Below, piece by piece: positions 49,001-62,090 of a DNA stretch of 64,000 nucleotides. A model generated the notes under the pieces. That model was not told the origin of the DNA. It saw only the letters and a list, made by a program, of their open reading frames with translations, and ran no database searches. Location of the stretch: positions 12,834,001-12,898,000 of the forward strand of contig CM059432.1 in assembly GCA_030390025.1 (NCBI GenBank), given 5' to 3'. Position numbers and translations under genes: made by a program. The DNA is from Squalus acanthias. Its lineage: Eukaryota. Position 1 is the stretch's first letter. The number at the start of each line of letters is the position of its first letter.

Positions 49001-50100
49001 TAGAATCATAGAATGGTTACAGCACAGAAGGAGGCCATTCGGCCCGTCAAACCCGTGCCGGCTCTCTGCAAGAGCACTTCAGCTAGTCTCACTCCCCCGC
49101 CCTTTCCCCGTACCCCTGCAAATGTTTTTCCTTCAGGTACTTATCCAATTCCCTTTTGAAAGCCACAATTGAATCTGCCTCCACCACCCTTTCAGGCAGT
49201 GCATTCCAGATCATAACCACTCGCTGCGTAAAATAGTTTTTCCTCATGTCGGTCTTTGGATCTTCTGCCAATCACATTAAATCTGTGTCTTCGGGTTCTC
49301 GACCCTTCTGCAATGGGAACAGTTTCTCTCTATCTACTCTGTCTAGACCCCTCATGATTTTGAACACCTCTATCAAATCTCCTCTCCACCTTCTCTGCTC
49401 TAAGGAGAACAACCCCAGCTTCGCCAGTCTATCCACATAACCTGCCCTCCACCTTCAACGATTTGTGCACATATACCCCTAAGCCTCTCTGTTCATGCAC
49501 CCCCTTTGGGATTGTACCCTTTAGTTTATATTTCCTCTCCTTATTCTTTCTACCAAAATGTATCATTTTGCACTTTTCTGCGTTAAATTTAATCTGCCAC
49601 GTGTCCGCCTATTCCACCAGCCTGTCTATGTCCTCTTGAAGTCTACCACTATCCTCCTCACTGTTCACTATACTTCCAAGTTTTGTGTCATCTGCAAATG
49701 TTGAAATTGTGCCCTGTACACCCAAGTCTAATTCATTAATATATATCAAGAAAAGCATTGGTCCTAGTACCGACTCCTGGGGAACACCACTGTATACCTT
49801 CCTCCAGTCTGAAAAACAACCGTTCACCACTACTCTCTGTTTCCTGTCACTTAGCCAATTTTGTATCCATGCTCTGCCTCCATGCGTAGGTCTGCTTTTT
49901 AGTCGCTAATCAACCCCACCCCTCCTCTTAGTAACCATTTACTATTTATATGCCTATAGAAGACTTTTGGATTCCCTTTTATGTTAGCTGCCAATCTATT
50001 CTCATACTCTTTCTTTGCCCCTCTTATTTCCTTTTTCACTTCCCCTCTGAACTTTCTGTATTCAGCCTGGTTCTCACTTGTATTCTCAACCTGACATTCT
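49001..50100 (-). mobile_element. CR1 LINE with internal deletions
   Basis: SGVPQESVLGP...FADDTKL; RKNYFTQRVVMIWNALP; (TTCTATGA)n tail. Confidence 0.85.
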
Positions 50101-50742
50101 GACCTTCTCAACTATTTGTGAAAGGCAGGTCATAACTGACAAACCTGATTGAATTTTTTGAGGAGGTGACTAAAGTAGTGGACAGGGGAATGTCTATGGA
50201 TGTTATTTATATGGACTTCCAGAAAGCATTTGATAAAGTCCCACATAAGAGACTGTTAACTAAGGTGGAATCCCATGGAATTGAGGGCAAATTATTGACC
50301 TGGTTAGGAAATTGGCTGAGTGGCAGGAGACAGGCAGTAGGGATAATGGGTAGGTACTCAAATTGGCAGAATGTGATAGTGGTGTCCCGCAGGGATCTGT
50401 GTTGGGACCTATTCACAATATTTATTAACGACTTAGATGATAGCATAGAAAGCCACATATCCAAATTTGCTGTAGGCAGCATAGATGAAAGCATAAATTA
50501 CAAAGGGATATCGACAGATTAAGTGAATGGGCAAAACTGTGGCAAATGGATTTCAATGTAGGCAAATGCGGGGTCATCCACTTTGGACCTAAAAAGTATA
50601 GAACAGGGTACTTTCTACATGGTGAAAAGCTAAAAACAGTGGAGGTCCAAAGAGACTTAGGGGTCCAGGTACATAGATCATTAAACTATCATGAACAGAT
50701 ACAGAAAATAATTAAAAAGGCTAATGGAATGCTGGATTTTAT

Positions 50743-51640
50743 GGGGGAGAAATTCAGTATCGCCCTATTTGGGGCGCAATTATCGGCCGGGCGAAAAGAT
50801 TAGCGTCTGGCGCTAATTATCGCCACCGACTGCAAACTTGACTTTTATCGCCCCTGGAGGTGATTAGAGCACTAAATCAGGCGCTTCACACCTGTCTTAA
50901 GGCGCAAAGGCCGAGGAGCGAGGCGCTACCTCAGAGCGCTGGCGAAGCTCATGTGATGTCAGTCAGCAACGGAACACACACACAATGGCACGGGCCAGTT
51001 CTTAAAGGGGATGGTTGATCTTGCTTTCCATCCACATCCTACATCCTGCTCATTGCAGCCTTGAATCTCGGCCTGGAGAGACTTGCACATCAAATCTGCT
51101 GGAAAGAACAATGGAGAGTACTAGGGAAAGAGCTCAGAGTGCAGCCCCCACAGTCTCTTCTAAATCGATACAAGGAATGGCTTATCAAAATGAACCTGCA
51201 AAGTGCTGCTCAGTACCCAAAACTCCTTCACACAGCGTTGAATCTCTCCAGAAGTCTCTCCCTCTCTCTCAGAATGCGAGTTTCAAAAATGGCACCAACA
51301 ATAAAAGGCAGGAAGCGGTCGCCTTTAAATAGCGCTCCCCCAGTCCCTTCATGACTGCAAAACGCTCCCCTCAACATGTCGTTGCTAGCGTCAGGCGGTA
51401 AGGCAGGGGGCGCCACTCAATATCCGCTCCGGGGCAATACCGGGGTGTTGCACACTCGACTGACGTCACGATCTGCCGGCGTAGGAGATCGTGGCGGTAG
51501 TGTTTAACGCTGCCGCAAAGTGTCTAGATAATTTCGCGAGCGGGGCAAACATCGCCGCGCCTGGGCGCTAGATGATTTGCGCCCCATTAGCGCCCTCTTA
51601 AGGCGCTAACGGGAGGCGCAACCAACTGAATTTTTCCCAC
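50743..51640. mobile_element. Harbinger MITE (898 bp) related to element C
   Basis: TIRs GGGGGAGAAATTCAG / CTGAATTTTTCCCAC (13/15); 3-bp TSD TAT at 50740-50742 and 51641-51643. Confidence 0.88.
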
Positions 51641-51897
51641 TATATCTAGAGGACTAGAATACAAGGGGGTAGAAGTTATGCTGCAGTTATACAAAGCCCT
51701 GGTTAGACCACACCTGGAGTACTGAGAGCGGTTCTGGGCACCACACCTTAGGAAGGATATATTGGCCTTGGAGGGAGTGCAGCGTAAATTTACCAGAATA
51801 ATACCCGTACTTCAAGGGTTAAGTTACGAGGATTACACAAATTAGGGCTGTATTCACTAGAAACTAGAAGGTTAAGGGCTGGTCTGATCAAAGTTTT

Positions 51898-53607
51898 TGT
51901 AAGGGGGCCGGCGAGGTGAGGCTTTCGTTGCCTGTGCTATTGCTTGCTCTGGTCTCCGGCCAGACTTTTGCAATAATCACCTGTGAATGGTTCGACCCAC
52001 TCGCCCTTACGGTTCTGACACCTGGACTTAGATGCAAGGAGCAGTAATGCAGAGAAAGACTCAAATAGACCTGGTTGAATAGCACAAAATTAATGCCTTT
52101 ATTTTACGGTGTCCAAAATAATGAAATACATGTCATATGCGCAGATCAAAGAAATTACAAGTATACACACGTCTATAAAACTTGGTCTATACAAATGGGG
52201 AACACACGACACATCGTAAAAGGGGGAACACATTATACATTAACCTTAGGAACCACCCTCCCTTACAATACCTAAACTACGTCTGGATTTGTAGGGTCAG
52301 GAAACATGCTCACCACTCGGGTTACTCCGGAATTTAAAATGAGGCTCGCAGCTTTTCGCTGCAGCGCCTAGCTGTCACGTGGCTGTAAAGGCTTCTGAGC
52401 TCGACTTGTTTACACTCGCTGCCCCGATGGACCCACTTGAGACAGCCCCGATGGACGTTCATCGCGGATGGCCCAGGCTACCTGCTCAAATAACCAGAAG
52501 ATAAGCCTGTCTTCCTGATGTCATGAAATCTTCGGTAGGATTCAAAAGGTGGATTTGAACCTACTTCGTCGTTTATCTTCGGGCGCGGTCGGGGTTTTAC
52601 TGACCGTGGCGTCTCCCACGTGGAATTTCTTCTCGTCACTCGGGCCTCGCTCGGCCGAGATTCTTGTCTTCTTCGCTACCGGCGGCTGGTCGCTCGGGAA
52701 CGCACCGCTGCGTTGCCCTGATGGATCCGGACACCGTTTACCGACGATCGGGATGGTGTACCCTACTGCCTGCCGTGTCGAGGTGGCTCGTTCTGAGGTT
52801 CCGTTTCTGGCCGACATGGACCACGAACAACGAACTCGAACCCGAACTCCACCCAACACTCGAACACCGGACCAGCACAGCACTGCGGGCAGGACACGCA
52901 CAAGACTGCAAGACCAAGACTCTTCCAATCTCCGTAACTCTTCCAATCTGACTAATCCGTAACCTGACTGTCGATGAACATTCGTCCTCTATAGTTATAC
53001 TGTTTGGACGGGCCTTATCTCCCGCTCAAATCAAGATGCTGTCTTTTGTTTAATTTTGGCGCCCAAAGCTCCCGGTATGGGGTAATTGTCTTCTTAACTA
53101 GTTTCGGGATCACCCGAAACTGGCCAACTATCCGTTAATGTCTTCTTCATTGTTGAGCTAGGCAGGATGTGTATAAATCGTCTCCTCAACTGGTTTCGGG
53201 ATTACCTGAAAACTGGCCCAATCACCCGTCACTGTCTCTCTCATTGTTGAGCTGGGGGGGTATTTGTGTATTGATGTGTCTGGATGGGCCCCCGATTGTC
53301 CAGTGCAATGATTCTCACCGTGCATTTGAAACGATTCAAGCACTTATATCATTGTTTTTGTCCAAAACGCAAATGGGTTGCATCCTGCCTTCCCAATCTG
53401 TACCGAGTATGGTCCTATAATGAATGTATATTCAGCGCCATCTTGTCTGCTCACTATGTTCTGGAAAACGTCTGTCACGATGCTCGGCAGCCATTTTACA
53501 GGCTGCTGTACCCTTTTATTTAAAAGCAGCCTTTCGTTCAATAAAAATGTACAATTGAACCTGCTTCTCTCACATTATTAGAATCACGATAATTGCGAAA
53601 CTCTACA
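51898..53607 (-). mobile_element. Solo LTR, 1710 bp (ERV or Gypsy-type)
   Basis: TGT...ACA ends; 4-bp TSD TTTT; interrupts CR1 cleanly. Minus-strand TATA-like motif (52995-53000) and AATAAA (52098-52103). Confidence 0.8.
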
Positions 53608-54839
53608 TTTTCAAGATATTAAGGAGAACAGATAGGGTAGATAGAGAGAAACTATTTCCGCTGGTTGGGGAGTCCAGGACTAGGGGGCAGAGTCTAGAAA
53701 TTAGAGCCAGACCTTTCAGGAGTGACATTAGGAAACACTTCTAGACACAAAGGGTGGTAGAAGTTTGGAACTCTCTTCCACAAATGCTAATTGATGCTAG
53801 ATCAATTGTTAATGTTAAATTGGAGATTGATAGCTTTTTGTTAACTAAAGGTATTAAGGGATATGGGGCAAAGGCGGGTATATGGAGTTAGGTCACAGAT
53901 CAGCCATGATCTCATTGAATGGCAGAACAGGCTCAAGGGGCTCAATGGCCTCCTCCTGTTCCTATGTTCTTAAAGGGTCGGCAGCTCCATTAGCGCACGT
54001 ATGGACCCAACCATGATGCAGCATCTGATGACCGAAATCTCAGCTTCCGTTGCAGCACATGCAGAAGCCATCCAACGTTTGAGTGCTGCAACGGAAGCTC
54101 AGACTGCTCTCATGCAAGCTCAGCTTGTTGCTATGCAAGCACAGACTGCTGCCATCATGGCTGCGGTTACCAAATTTGAAAGGGGCTTGCAGGATGTCGA
54201 AGCAGTCCAGCAATATGTCCTCCAATAGATTGCTAGGATTGCTAAGGCGCCGTCCCGGGGGAGTGGCAATGGCTCCGTGGAGCACGAACCTGCTGTCCTC
54301 TCTCAGGATGACAGCGTTCATCCTCCCACCACTGTCACTCCGCCAGTGCCCTTGCTGTTACCTGTCAACCAGCCAGTCCAGACTGCTGGTGCCCATGCTG
54401 AGATTGCAGCCACTGGGGTAGCACTGTGTAGGAGCACTAGGATTGGCAAAGGCACCTGCAAGACAGGCACTAAGGGAATGCACAAGTGTGATTAGTTAAC
54501 TTTGTTATGTAATATTGGATGGCTTGAACTATAAAGTTGGTTTGGAATGTTTATTTTGTGGTGGCTTTAATTGTAGCATTGTGGCCAAGAGGACGCTGTG
54601 ATGGTCAGTAACAGAGGGGAGGTAAGGTGTGGGACTGTGGGTGAATGGGGAATTGGGGTTGCGTTCACTGGTACCGCAGTCGGATCAGTTGATCACAGGC
54701 AGCCTGACCAGAGAGGGGTTGTTTTGGTTGTCTCCTCCCTTCCTCCTTCTTCTCCTCCTCTTCCTCATCACCTCCTCTTCTTCCTCCTCATCTTCTTCCT
54801 CCTTCTCAGCTCTTCACTGTATACCTGATGGCAAGGGCT

Positions 54840-55952
54840 TGAAGGAATAATTACTAGTCCTCGCCCCTTTAGGGCTAACCCCGTATTTCTCAAGACGTTC
54901 ACCTTCAATTAAAGTTTGAGGTAGCCGAATCCTAAAGACGCTTAATTAGGTTATCTCTCCCTAAAGGAAAGGAACAACCCGAGAATGTTACCATCCTCCA
55001 GATAGCACTTTTAATAAGTTTAGCTAGATTGTAACGTTCCGGATATTATGAGGGTCCGGAAAACTCCCCCAGAATTCTGCAACTCCTCACCAAAGAGTGT
55101 ACAGAGATTGAGTTTGCGAGTTTTTGACACAGAAGTCTTATGTGAAACAATTCTAAAAATATATAGATTTATTGAAGAACCGACATGTAATTTACAGTTG
55201 GTGAGTCAATCGCAACATTAACAATTCCAAAAAGAGAAAACTTACAATCTTATTATCAGAGAATCTTACTTTTAAATCTTAACTTCACTACAGTATTACA
55301 GTTCTTAAAGTGTTCTACAGGATATCCACCAAAATCAAATACCGTTGATCCCCGAGGTACAAAGAGTTGCAGACTTACAGAGCCGCCTCTGAAGCCGAGA
55401 ATCGCTTTGCCCGATTAAAGCGAGTCTGTTATCTCATTTGAGAGTTCAATATTTATACCTTTTTCCAGTGGTATTTCCTTTAAGGTTTTCTGCTGATGCA
55501 AGCTAATTATCTCTAGTCATTTTTCTGCCGACCCCTGCAACTCTTACTGCCACCTCAGCCAGACTCATGTCTCCTCTCTAGGTGTTCTAAGTTTACCATA
55601 TAAAAATGGTGTGATGGCAGGTGTTCCTTACTTGATGTCATCTTTACAAGGGTAGATGTTCCTTATCTTATGTTCTTCTTTACGAAGTGTAAATTAGAAC
55701 ACCTTATCCAGGGTGAACCATTATTTTCTCCCCAAAAGTTCAGCCTGTCGGAGCCCTTCACCTTCTGTTTCAATAAGGTTATTTATTCAGGGTCAACAAT
55801 TATCTTATCTCAATAGCCAGAATGCTTTCACAGCTATTTCATAGTTAAGTTTCTAAATTTCCAAACCCAATTTGTCATGTTTTAATAAGGCCAGAATTCT
55901 TTCATAAGATAGTGTATTTTTCTGAATAGGTTATATGGTTTATTCCTTCACA
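54840..55952 (-). mobile_element. Solo LTR-like insertion, ~1.1 kb
   Basis: TGAAGGAATAA...TTATTCCTTCA(CA) 11-bp terminal inverted repeat; 4-bp TSD GGCT. Minus-strand TATAAA (55452-55457) and AATAAA (55168-55173). Confidence 0.7.
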
Positions 55953-56389
55953 GGCTGTGCCCTCATGATGGCGAGGTTGTGCAGCATGCAGCAGACCACC
56001 ACAAATCTTGAGACGCGCTCTGGCGAGTACTGCAGGGCGCCTCCAGAGCAGTCCAGGCAGCGGAAGCATTGTTTAAGTACCCCAATGTTCTGCTCAATCA
56101 CATTCTCCGTGGCAGCATGGCTTTTGTTATATGTATGCTGCCCACGTGTGCTTGGGTTGCACGCTGGAGTCATGAGCCAGGTGGTCAGCGGCATTACCAT
56201 CACCGAATCCCCCACCATCAACATCCTGGGGGGTCACCATTGACTAGAAACTTAACTGGAGCAGCCACATAAATACTGTGGCAACAAGAGCAGGTCAGAG
56301 ACTAGGTATTCTGCAGTAAGTGTCTCACCTCCTGACTCCCCAAAGCCTTTCCACCATCAACAAGGCACAAGTAAGGATGTGATGGAAAT

Positions 56390-59300
56390 AATGCATAATT
56401 TGCAACAAGCATGTATTCCTCCAGGGCATAAAAACCCAAAAGGAAAAGTGATCCAACCATGGCTAACAAAAGAAATTAAAGCTAGTATTAAGTCAAAGGA
56501 GGAAGCTTATAAAGTTGCCAGAAAAAGCGGTCAGCCTGAGGATTGAGATCTTTTTAGAAATCAGCAAAGGGGGACCAAGAAATTGATAAAGGGAGGGAAA
56601 ATGGAATATGACCACAAACTAGCGAAAAATATAAAAACGGATTGTAAAAGCTTCTATAGGTATGTGAAAAGGAAAAGACTGGTGAAGGTAAATGTAGGTC
56701 CTTTACAGACAGAGACGGGAGAATTTATAATGGGGAATGAGGAAATGACAGAGAAATTAAATAAATACTTTGTTTCTGTCTTCACGGAGGAAGACACAAA
56801 AAACCACCCAGAAATACGAGAAAACCAAGGGTGTGGCGAGAATGAGGAACTTAAAGAAATTATTATTAGTAAAAGAATAGTACTAGCAAAATTAATGGGA
56901 CAAAAAGTCGATAAATCCCAAGGACCGGATGACCTACATCCTAGGGTTTTGAAAGAGTTGGCCATTAGGATAGTGGACGCATTGATTGTCATAGAGTCAT
57001 AGAGTTATACAGCACAGAAAGAGGCCCTTCGGCCCATCATGTCCGCGCCGGCCATCAAGCCCTATCTATTCTAATCCCATTTTCCAACACTTGGTCCGTA
57101 GCCTTGCATGCTATGACATTTCAAGTGCTCATCTAAATGCTTCTTGAATGTTGTGAGGGTTCCTGCCTCTACCACCCTTTCAGGCAGTGAGTTCCAGATT
57201 CCAACCACCCTCTGGGTGAAAAAGTTTTTCCTCAAATCCCCTCTAAACCGCCTGCCCCTTACCTTGAAACTATGCCCCCTGGTTATTGACCCCTCTACTA
57301 AGGGGAAAAGTTCCTTTCTATCTACCCTATCTATGCCCCTCATAATTTTGTACACCTCAATCAGGTCCCCCCTCAGCCTTCTCTGCTCTAAGGAAGACAA
57401 CCCCAGCTTGTTCAGTCTCTCTTCATAGCTGAAACGCTCCAGCCCAGGTAACATCCTGGTGAATCTCCTCTGCACCCTCTCCAATGCAATCACATCCTTC
57501 CTATAGTGTGGCGACCAGAACTGCACACAGTATTCCAGCTGTGGCCTAACTAGCGTTTTGTACAGCTCCATCATAACCTCCCTGCTCTTATATTCTATGC
57601 CTCGGCTAATGAAGGCAAGTATCCCATATGCCTTTTTAACCATCTTATCTACCTGTCCTGCTGCCTTCAGGGATCTATGTACATGCACACCAAGGTCCCT
57701 CTGATCCTTTGTCCTTCCTAGGGTCCTACCATTTATTGTGTATTCCCTTGCCTTGTTAGTCCTCCCAAAATGCATCACCTCACACTTTTCAGGGTTAAAT
57801 TCCATTTGCCACTGTTCTGCCCATCTGACCAACCCGTCTATATCGTCCTGTAGCCTAAGGCTTCCCTCCTCGCTATTTACCACTCCACCAATTTTCGTGT
57901 CATCTGTGAACTTACTGATCATACCTCCTATATTCATATCCAAATCATTAATGTACACTACAAACAGCAAAGGACCCAGCACCGATCCCTGCGGTACACC
58001 ACTGGACACAGGCTTCCAGTCACAAAAACAACCTTCGACCATCACCCTCTGCCTCCTAGCCAATTTTGGAGCCAATGTGCCAAATTGCCAAAATTCATTT
58101 TCCAAAATTCTATAGATTCTGGAACAGTTCCTGCAGATTGGAGGATAGCAAATGCAACTCCGCTATTTAAGAAAGGAGGGAGAGAGAAAATGGAGAACTA
58201 CAGACCTGTTAGCCTCACATCAGTAGTTGGGAAAATGCTGGAATCTATTATAAAGGATGCAATAACTGGGCACTTAGAAACTAATAGTAAGATTGGGCAG
58301 AGTCAACATGGATTAATAAAAGGGAAATCCTGTTTAACAAACCTATTGGAGTTCTTTGAGGATGTAACTAGTGGAGTAGACAAAGGGAAACCGGTAGATG
58401 TGGTGTATTTGGATTTTCAGAAGGCCTTCGATAAGGTCCCACACAAGAGGTTGGTGAACAAAATTAGGGCACATGGAATTGGGGGTAATATACTAGCATG
58501 GATTGAGAATTGGTTAACAGACAGAAAACAAAGAGTAGGGATAAACGGGTCTTTTTCAGGATGGCAGGCTGTGACTAGTGGGGTACCACAAGGATCGGTG
58601 TTTGGGCCCCAGCTATTCACAATCTATATCAATGATTTGGATGAGGGGACTAAATGTAACATTTCCAAATTTGCTGATGATACAAAGCTAGGTGGCAGTG
58701 TCAGTTGTGAAGAGGATGTGAAGAGGCTTCAGGGGGATCTCGACAGGCTCAGTGAGTGGGCGAGAACATGGCAGATGGAATATAATGTGGATAAATGTGA
58801 AGTTATCCAATTTGGTAGAAAAAACAGAAAAGTAGAGTATTTCCTAAATGGTGAAAGATTGGAATGCAGATGCTCAAAGGGGCCTGGGTGTCCTTGTACA
58901 TGAGTCACTGAAAGTGAATGTGCAGGTGCAGCAAGCCATTAGGAAGGCAACTGGTATGCTGGCCTTCATTACAAGAGGATTTCAGTACAGGAGTAAAGAA
59001 GTCTTACTCCAATTATATAGGGCCTTGGTGAGGCCACACCTGGAGTACTGTGTACAATTTTGGTCGCCTTACCTAAGAAAGGATATACTTGCCATAGAGG
59101 GAGTGCAACGGAGGTTCACGAGATTGATTCCTGGGATGGCGGGACCGTCGTATGAGAAGAGATTGAGTAAATTAGGCCTTGAATTCAGAAGAATGAGAGG
59201 GGATCTCATTGAAGCATACAAAATTATTACAGGGCTTGATAGGGTGGATGCTGGGAGAATGTTTCCCTTGGCTGGGGAGTCTAGAACCAGGGGCCACAGC

Positions 59301-59585
59301 CTCAGGATAAAGGGTAGGCCATTCAGGACTGAGATGAGAAGAAATTTCTTCACACAGAGGGTGGTGAATCTTTGGAATTCTCTACTCCCGAGGGCTGTGG
59401 AGGCTCAGTCATTGGGTATATTCAAAACAGAAGTCGATAGATTTCTGACTAGTACGGGCATCAAGGGATATGGCGATAGGGCCGGTGAATGGAATTGAGG
59501 CAGAAGATCAGCCATGATCTCATTGAATGCCGGAGCAGGCTCGAAGGGCCGAATGGCCTCCTATTTCTTATGTGCTTATGTTATG
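56390..59585 (+). mobile_element. CR1 LINE, long 3' fragment, interrupted by an antisense CR1
   Basis: ORFs 56583-57002, 58085-58903 and 58848-59498 give consecutive CR1 ORF2 motifs; (TTATG) tail. Confidence 0.92.
56993..58094 (-). mobile_element. Young CR1 3' fragment of a different subfamily
   Basis: Uninterrupted ORF 57071-58105 ([14 protein letters not shown]); (ACTCTATG)n tail; flanked by TCAT on both sides. Confidence 0.92.
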
Positions 59586-61539
59586 TTGCCTGGATGATTG
59601 CAGCTCCAACAACACTCAAGATGCTCGACACCATCCAGGACAAAGCAGCCCGCTTGATTGGGACCCCATCCACCACCTTAAACATTCACTCCCTCCACCA
59701 CCGGCGTACCGTGGCTGCAGTGTGTACCATCTACAAGATGCACTGCAGCAACTCGCGAAGACTTCTTCAGCAGCACCTCCCAAACCCGCGACCTCTTCCA
59801 CCTAGAAGGACAAGGGCAGCAGGTGCATGGGAACACCACCACCTCCAAGTTCCCCTCCAAGTCACACACCATCCTGACTTAGAAGTATATCGCTGTTCCT
59901 TCATCGTCACTGGGTCAATATCCTGGAACTCCCTCCCTAACAGCACTGTGGGAGTATCTTCACCACACAGACAGCAGCGGTTCAAGAAGGCGGCTCATCA
60001 CCACCTTCTCGAGGGCAATTAGGGATGGGCAATAAATGCTGGCTTTGCCAGCAATGCCCACATCCCATAAAGGAATAAAAAATGTTTTAAAAAGCCCTTC
60101 TTGCCCAGTAGCCACCCTCTGGTTTGTCGTGGTGGCTCAAATGCTGATGGTACAGCGGACTGCCGCGGAATGAAGGCATCTTGACTGATGCCAGGATACC
60201 GAGCATTGACCTGCATGATGCGCTGAGTATGGTCGCACACCAGCTGGACACTGAGGGGGTGGAATCCCTTCCGGTTACGGTACATCTCCGAATTGAGATG
60301 CAGCGCCCACAAAGCGACGTGGGTGCAGTCAATGGCCCCCTGCACCATGGGGAAGTCTGCTATCCTGGCAAAACCTTGTTCTCGCTCTGCCTGCCTCCCT
60401 CTGACAAGAGGGAATGAAATGTATTCACCTCTCCTTGTATACAGAGCCTCAGTGACCATCCTTATGCAATGGTGAACAGTGAACTGTGAGATGTTGGAAA
60501 CGTCGCCAGCTCCAGCCTGGAAGGAGCCCGACGCATAAAAATTCATGGCCACGCTCACCTTCACAGCCACTGGCAATGCCATCCTCGCCCTGCTCTGAGG
60601 CTACAGGTCGGCCTGCAACAGGTGGCAGATTTCAGTGAGCACCTCCTTAGTGAAGCGGAGACGTCGCATACACTGTTCCTCGCTGAGGTTGAGGTAAGAG
60701 AAGTGCAGTCTGAAGACGCTGGGTGGCTATGGCCTCCTGCTGAGAGCCCTTCTCCTCTCCTCCTTCTCCCTCTTTGAGCAGCTTGTCCTCCTCTGTGTCG
60801 CCTCTGCTCTGCTCATTCTCCCTGTCATGCTGCAGGCCAAGGGGGATACAAACTACAGCACCCGTGTCTGGTGAGCAACTGGTCTGAGCAGAAGCCTTGA
60901 AGCAAACGGCCACACCACTCCCTGGAGACTTCAGCAACGTCAAATACCAAGAAACACCTCTACAAACTCACCAAGAGCCAGTAGAAATCAATCAGCAACT
61001 AACCTTAAAGCAGGTGATAATCCCTTTAAATAGCATTGACGGGGGGTCCTTCCTGTTGCTGAACAAATGTTCAGCTGTGGGAGGTTAAGAGAGGGTGTTA
61101 GCACCAGCATTGAGGACGAAAATGGCAGCGCTGGCATCAAACCAGCGTTGCACGCTGATTGACGTCACGATCTGCGTACTCTGCATACTTACGGCATACG
61201 CTCCCTGCACCGACGCACACTACCTCATCAAAATGGCGTCCGTCGCAGCCCGCACCAGAAGTGTGCGCGTGCAGCACGGATAGCATTTTCGACACAAAAC
61301 GGCACCCGTAGCGCCGAATAATCGGGCCGCTACGGAGCCGAATTTCTAGGCCAAGGTGTTTAAAAATTGGAGGTCGGGGTTTTCTGCTTCTGTGTTCACC
61401 AACTCAGAATTTTCCACTTTAACGGAAAGACAATCTTGCGCTGGAGAGCAAAGGGGCCAAAGTGTTGTATTTTAGGGGCTTTACGCTAGACATTTTCTGC
61501 AAGTTGCGTGGTCACTGGGCTGTGCTATCCACAAACCAT

Positions 61540-62090
61540 GGGGCAGATTTTGACCTTTGGGAGTGCGCTGATCGGCCGCCCATTCCGGCGGGGAAGAAGC
61601 CCCCGTGATTTTGAGGCTCCAGCCTCATTTGAATTCGCCAGGCAGCTGCAGGGAGCCAAAGCAGACGTCCCGACACAGCTCGCCAGACTGAAGCCTGAAA
61701 GTCAGGCCAGAGCTGCCGCCAACAAGGTAAGTTGCGGTTGGGGTTGCGATCGGGGAGGGGTGGGAGCAGCCCGTTTGTTTTTTGCCTTTGCTGGGACCCT
61801 TCTCTTCCATCGCTGACGGATCTGGTCAGAGCCGGCACAGCGCAGGCTCTGACCAGTTCCTACCTAAAATGGCAATCAGGATCCTATTTCTGTCAGAGGA
61901 CCGCGAGTTCCATATTAAAAGGGGCTATCGGCCGAAACAGGCGGGCGCTTTGGACAACCGGCGGTAGGCCCCTTTTAAAATGGAGCCGGCCGCATCGCTG
62001 GTGGTAATGGGGCGCGGTAAGGCTATCGACCCCATTTTGAAGCCGTTACCACCCTGCTATCACCAGATGAAGGCACTCAAAATCGACCCG
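61540..62090. mobile_element. Harbinger-type MITE
   Basis: Inverted ends GGGGCAGATTTTGA / TCAAAATCGACCC; CpG-rich interior. Confidence 0.6.

Larger units (their letters stand above)
50118..53970 (+). mobile_element. CR1 LINE fragment split by a MITE and a solo LTR
   Basis: [11 protein letters not shown] in 50166-50522; segments 50118-50742, 51641-51897 and 53608-53970 rejoin seamlessly. Confidence 0.88.
47707..54495 (+). pseudogene. Harbinger D Myb/SANT-like gene, three exons, interrupted at ~48950-53974
   Basis: RERAPRFSDAALEALVQEV...; exon 2 at 48197-48355, exon 3 from 48499 (SLDLTLAATSSDTG, DSDEDLDG); resumes MDPTMMQHLM... and ends GTKGMHKCD*. Confidence 0.82.
56190..60085 (+). mobile_element. 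Family T LINE 3' fragment split by a CR1 (pieces 56190-56387 and 59586-60085)
   Basis: GITITESPTINILG...GTGATGGAA | TGCCTGGATG...AAHHHLLEGN* collinear with 24190-24870. Confidence 0.85.
54660..60865 (-). pseudogene. Harbinger D HARBI1-like transposase in three pieces (60865-60090, 56190-55953, 54839-54660)
   Basis: ALPVAVKVSVAMNFYASGSFQ, FPMVQGAIDCTHV, GWLLGKKG | PLTTWLMTP, IEQNIGVLKQCFRCL, CCMLHNLAIMRAQP | acidic tail. Confidence 0.88.
47413..61352. mobile_element. PIF/Harbinger transposon D expanded to ~14 kb by nested insertions
   Basis: Imperfect TIRs GGACTAAAAACTCG / CGAATTTCTAGGCC (11/14). Myb gene pieces (+) and transposase pieces (-) are collinear and convergent once insertions are removed. 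Confidence 0.8.

Noticed and set aside
52542..52962. Overlapping 134-137 aa ORFs in the LTR as viral accessory genes
   Set aside because: Non-ATG starts, GC-rich context and no recognisable domain.
53057..53066. TGGCGCCCAA resembling a tRNA-Lys primer-binding site
   Set aside because: Only 10 nt match, internal to the LTR, not preceded by an LTR CA end, and opposite to the inferred LTR orientation.
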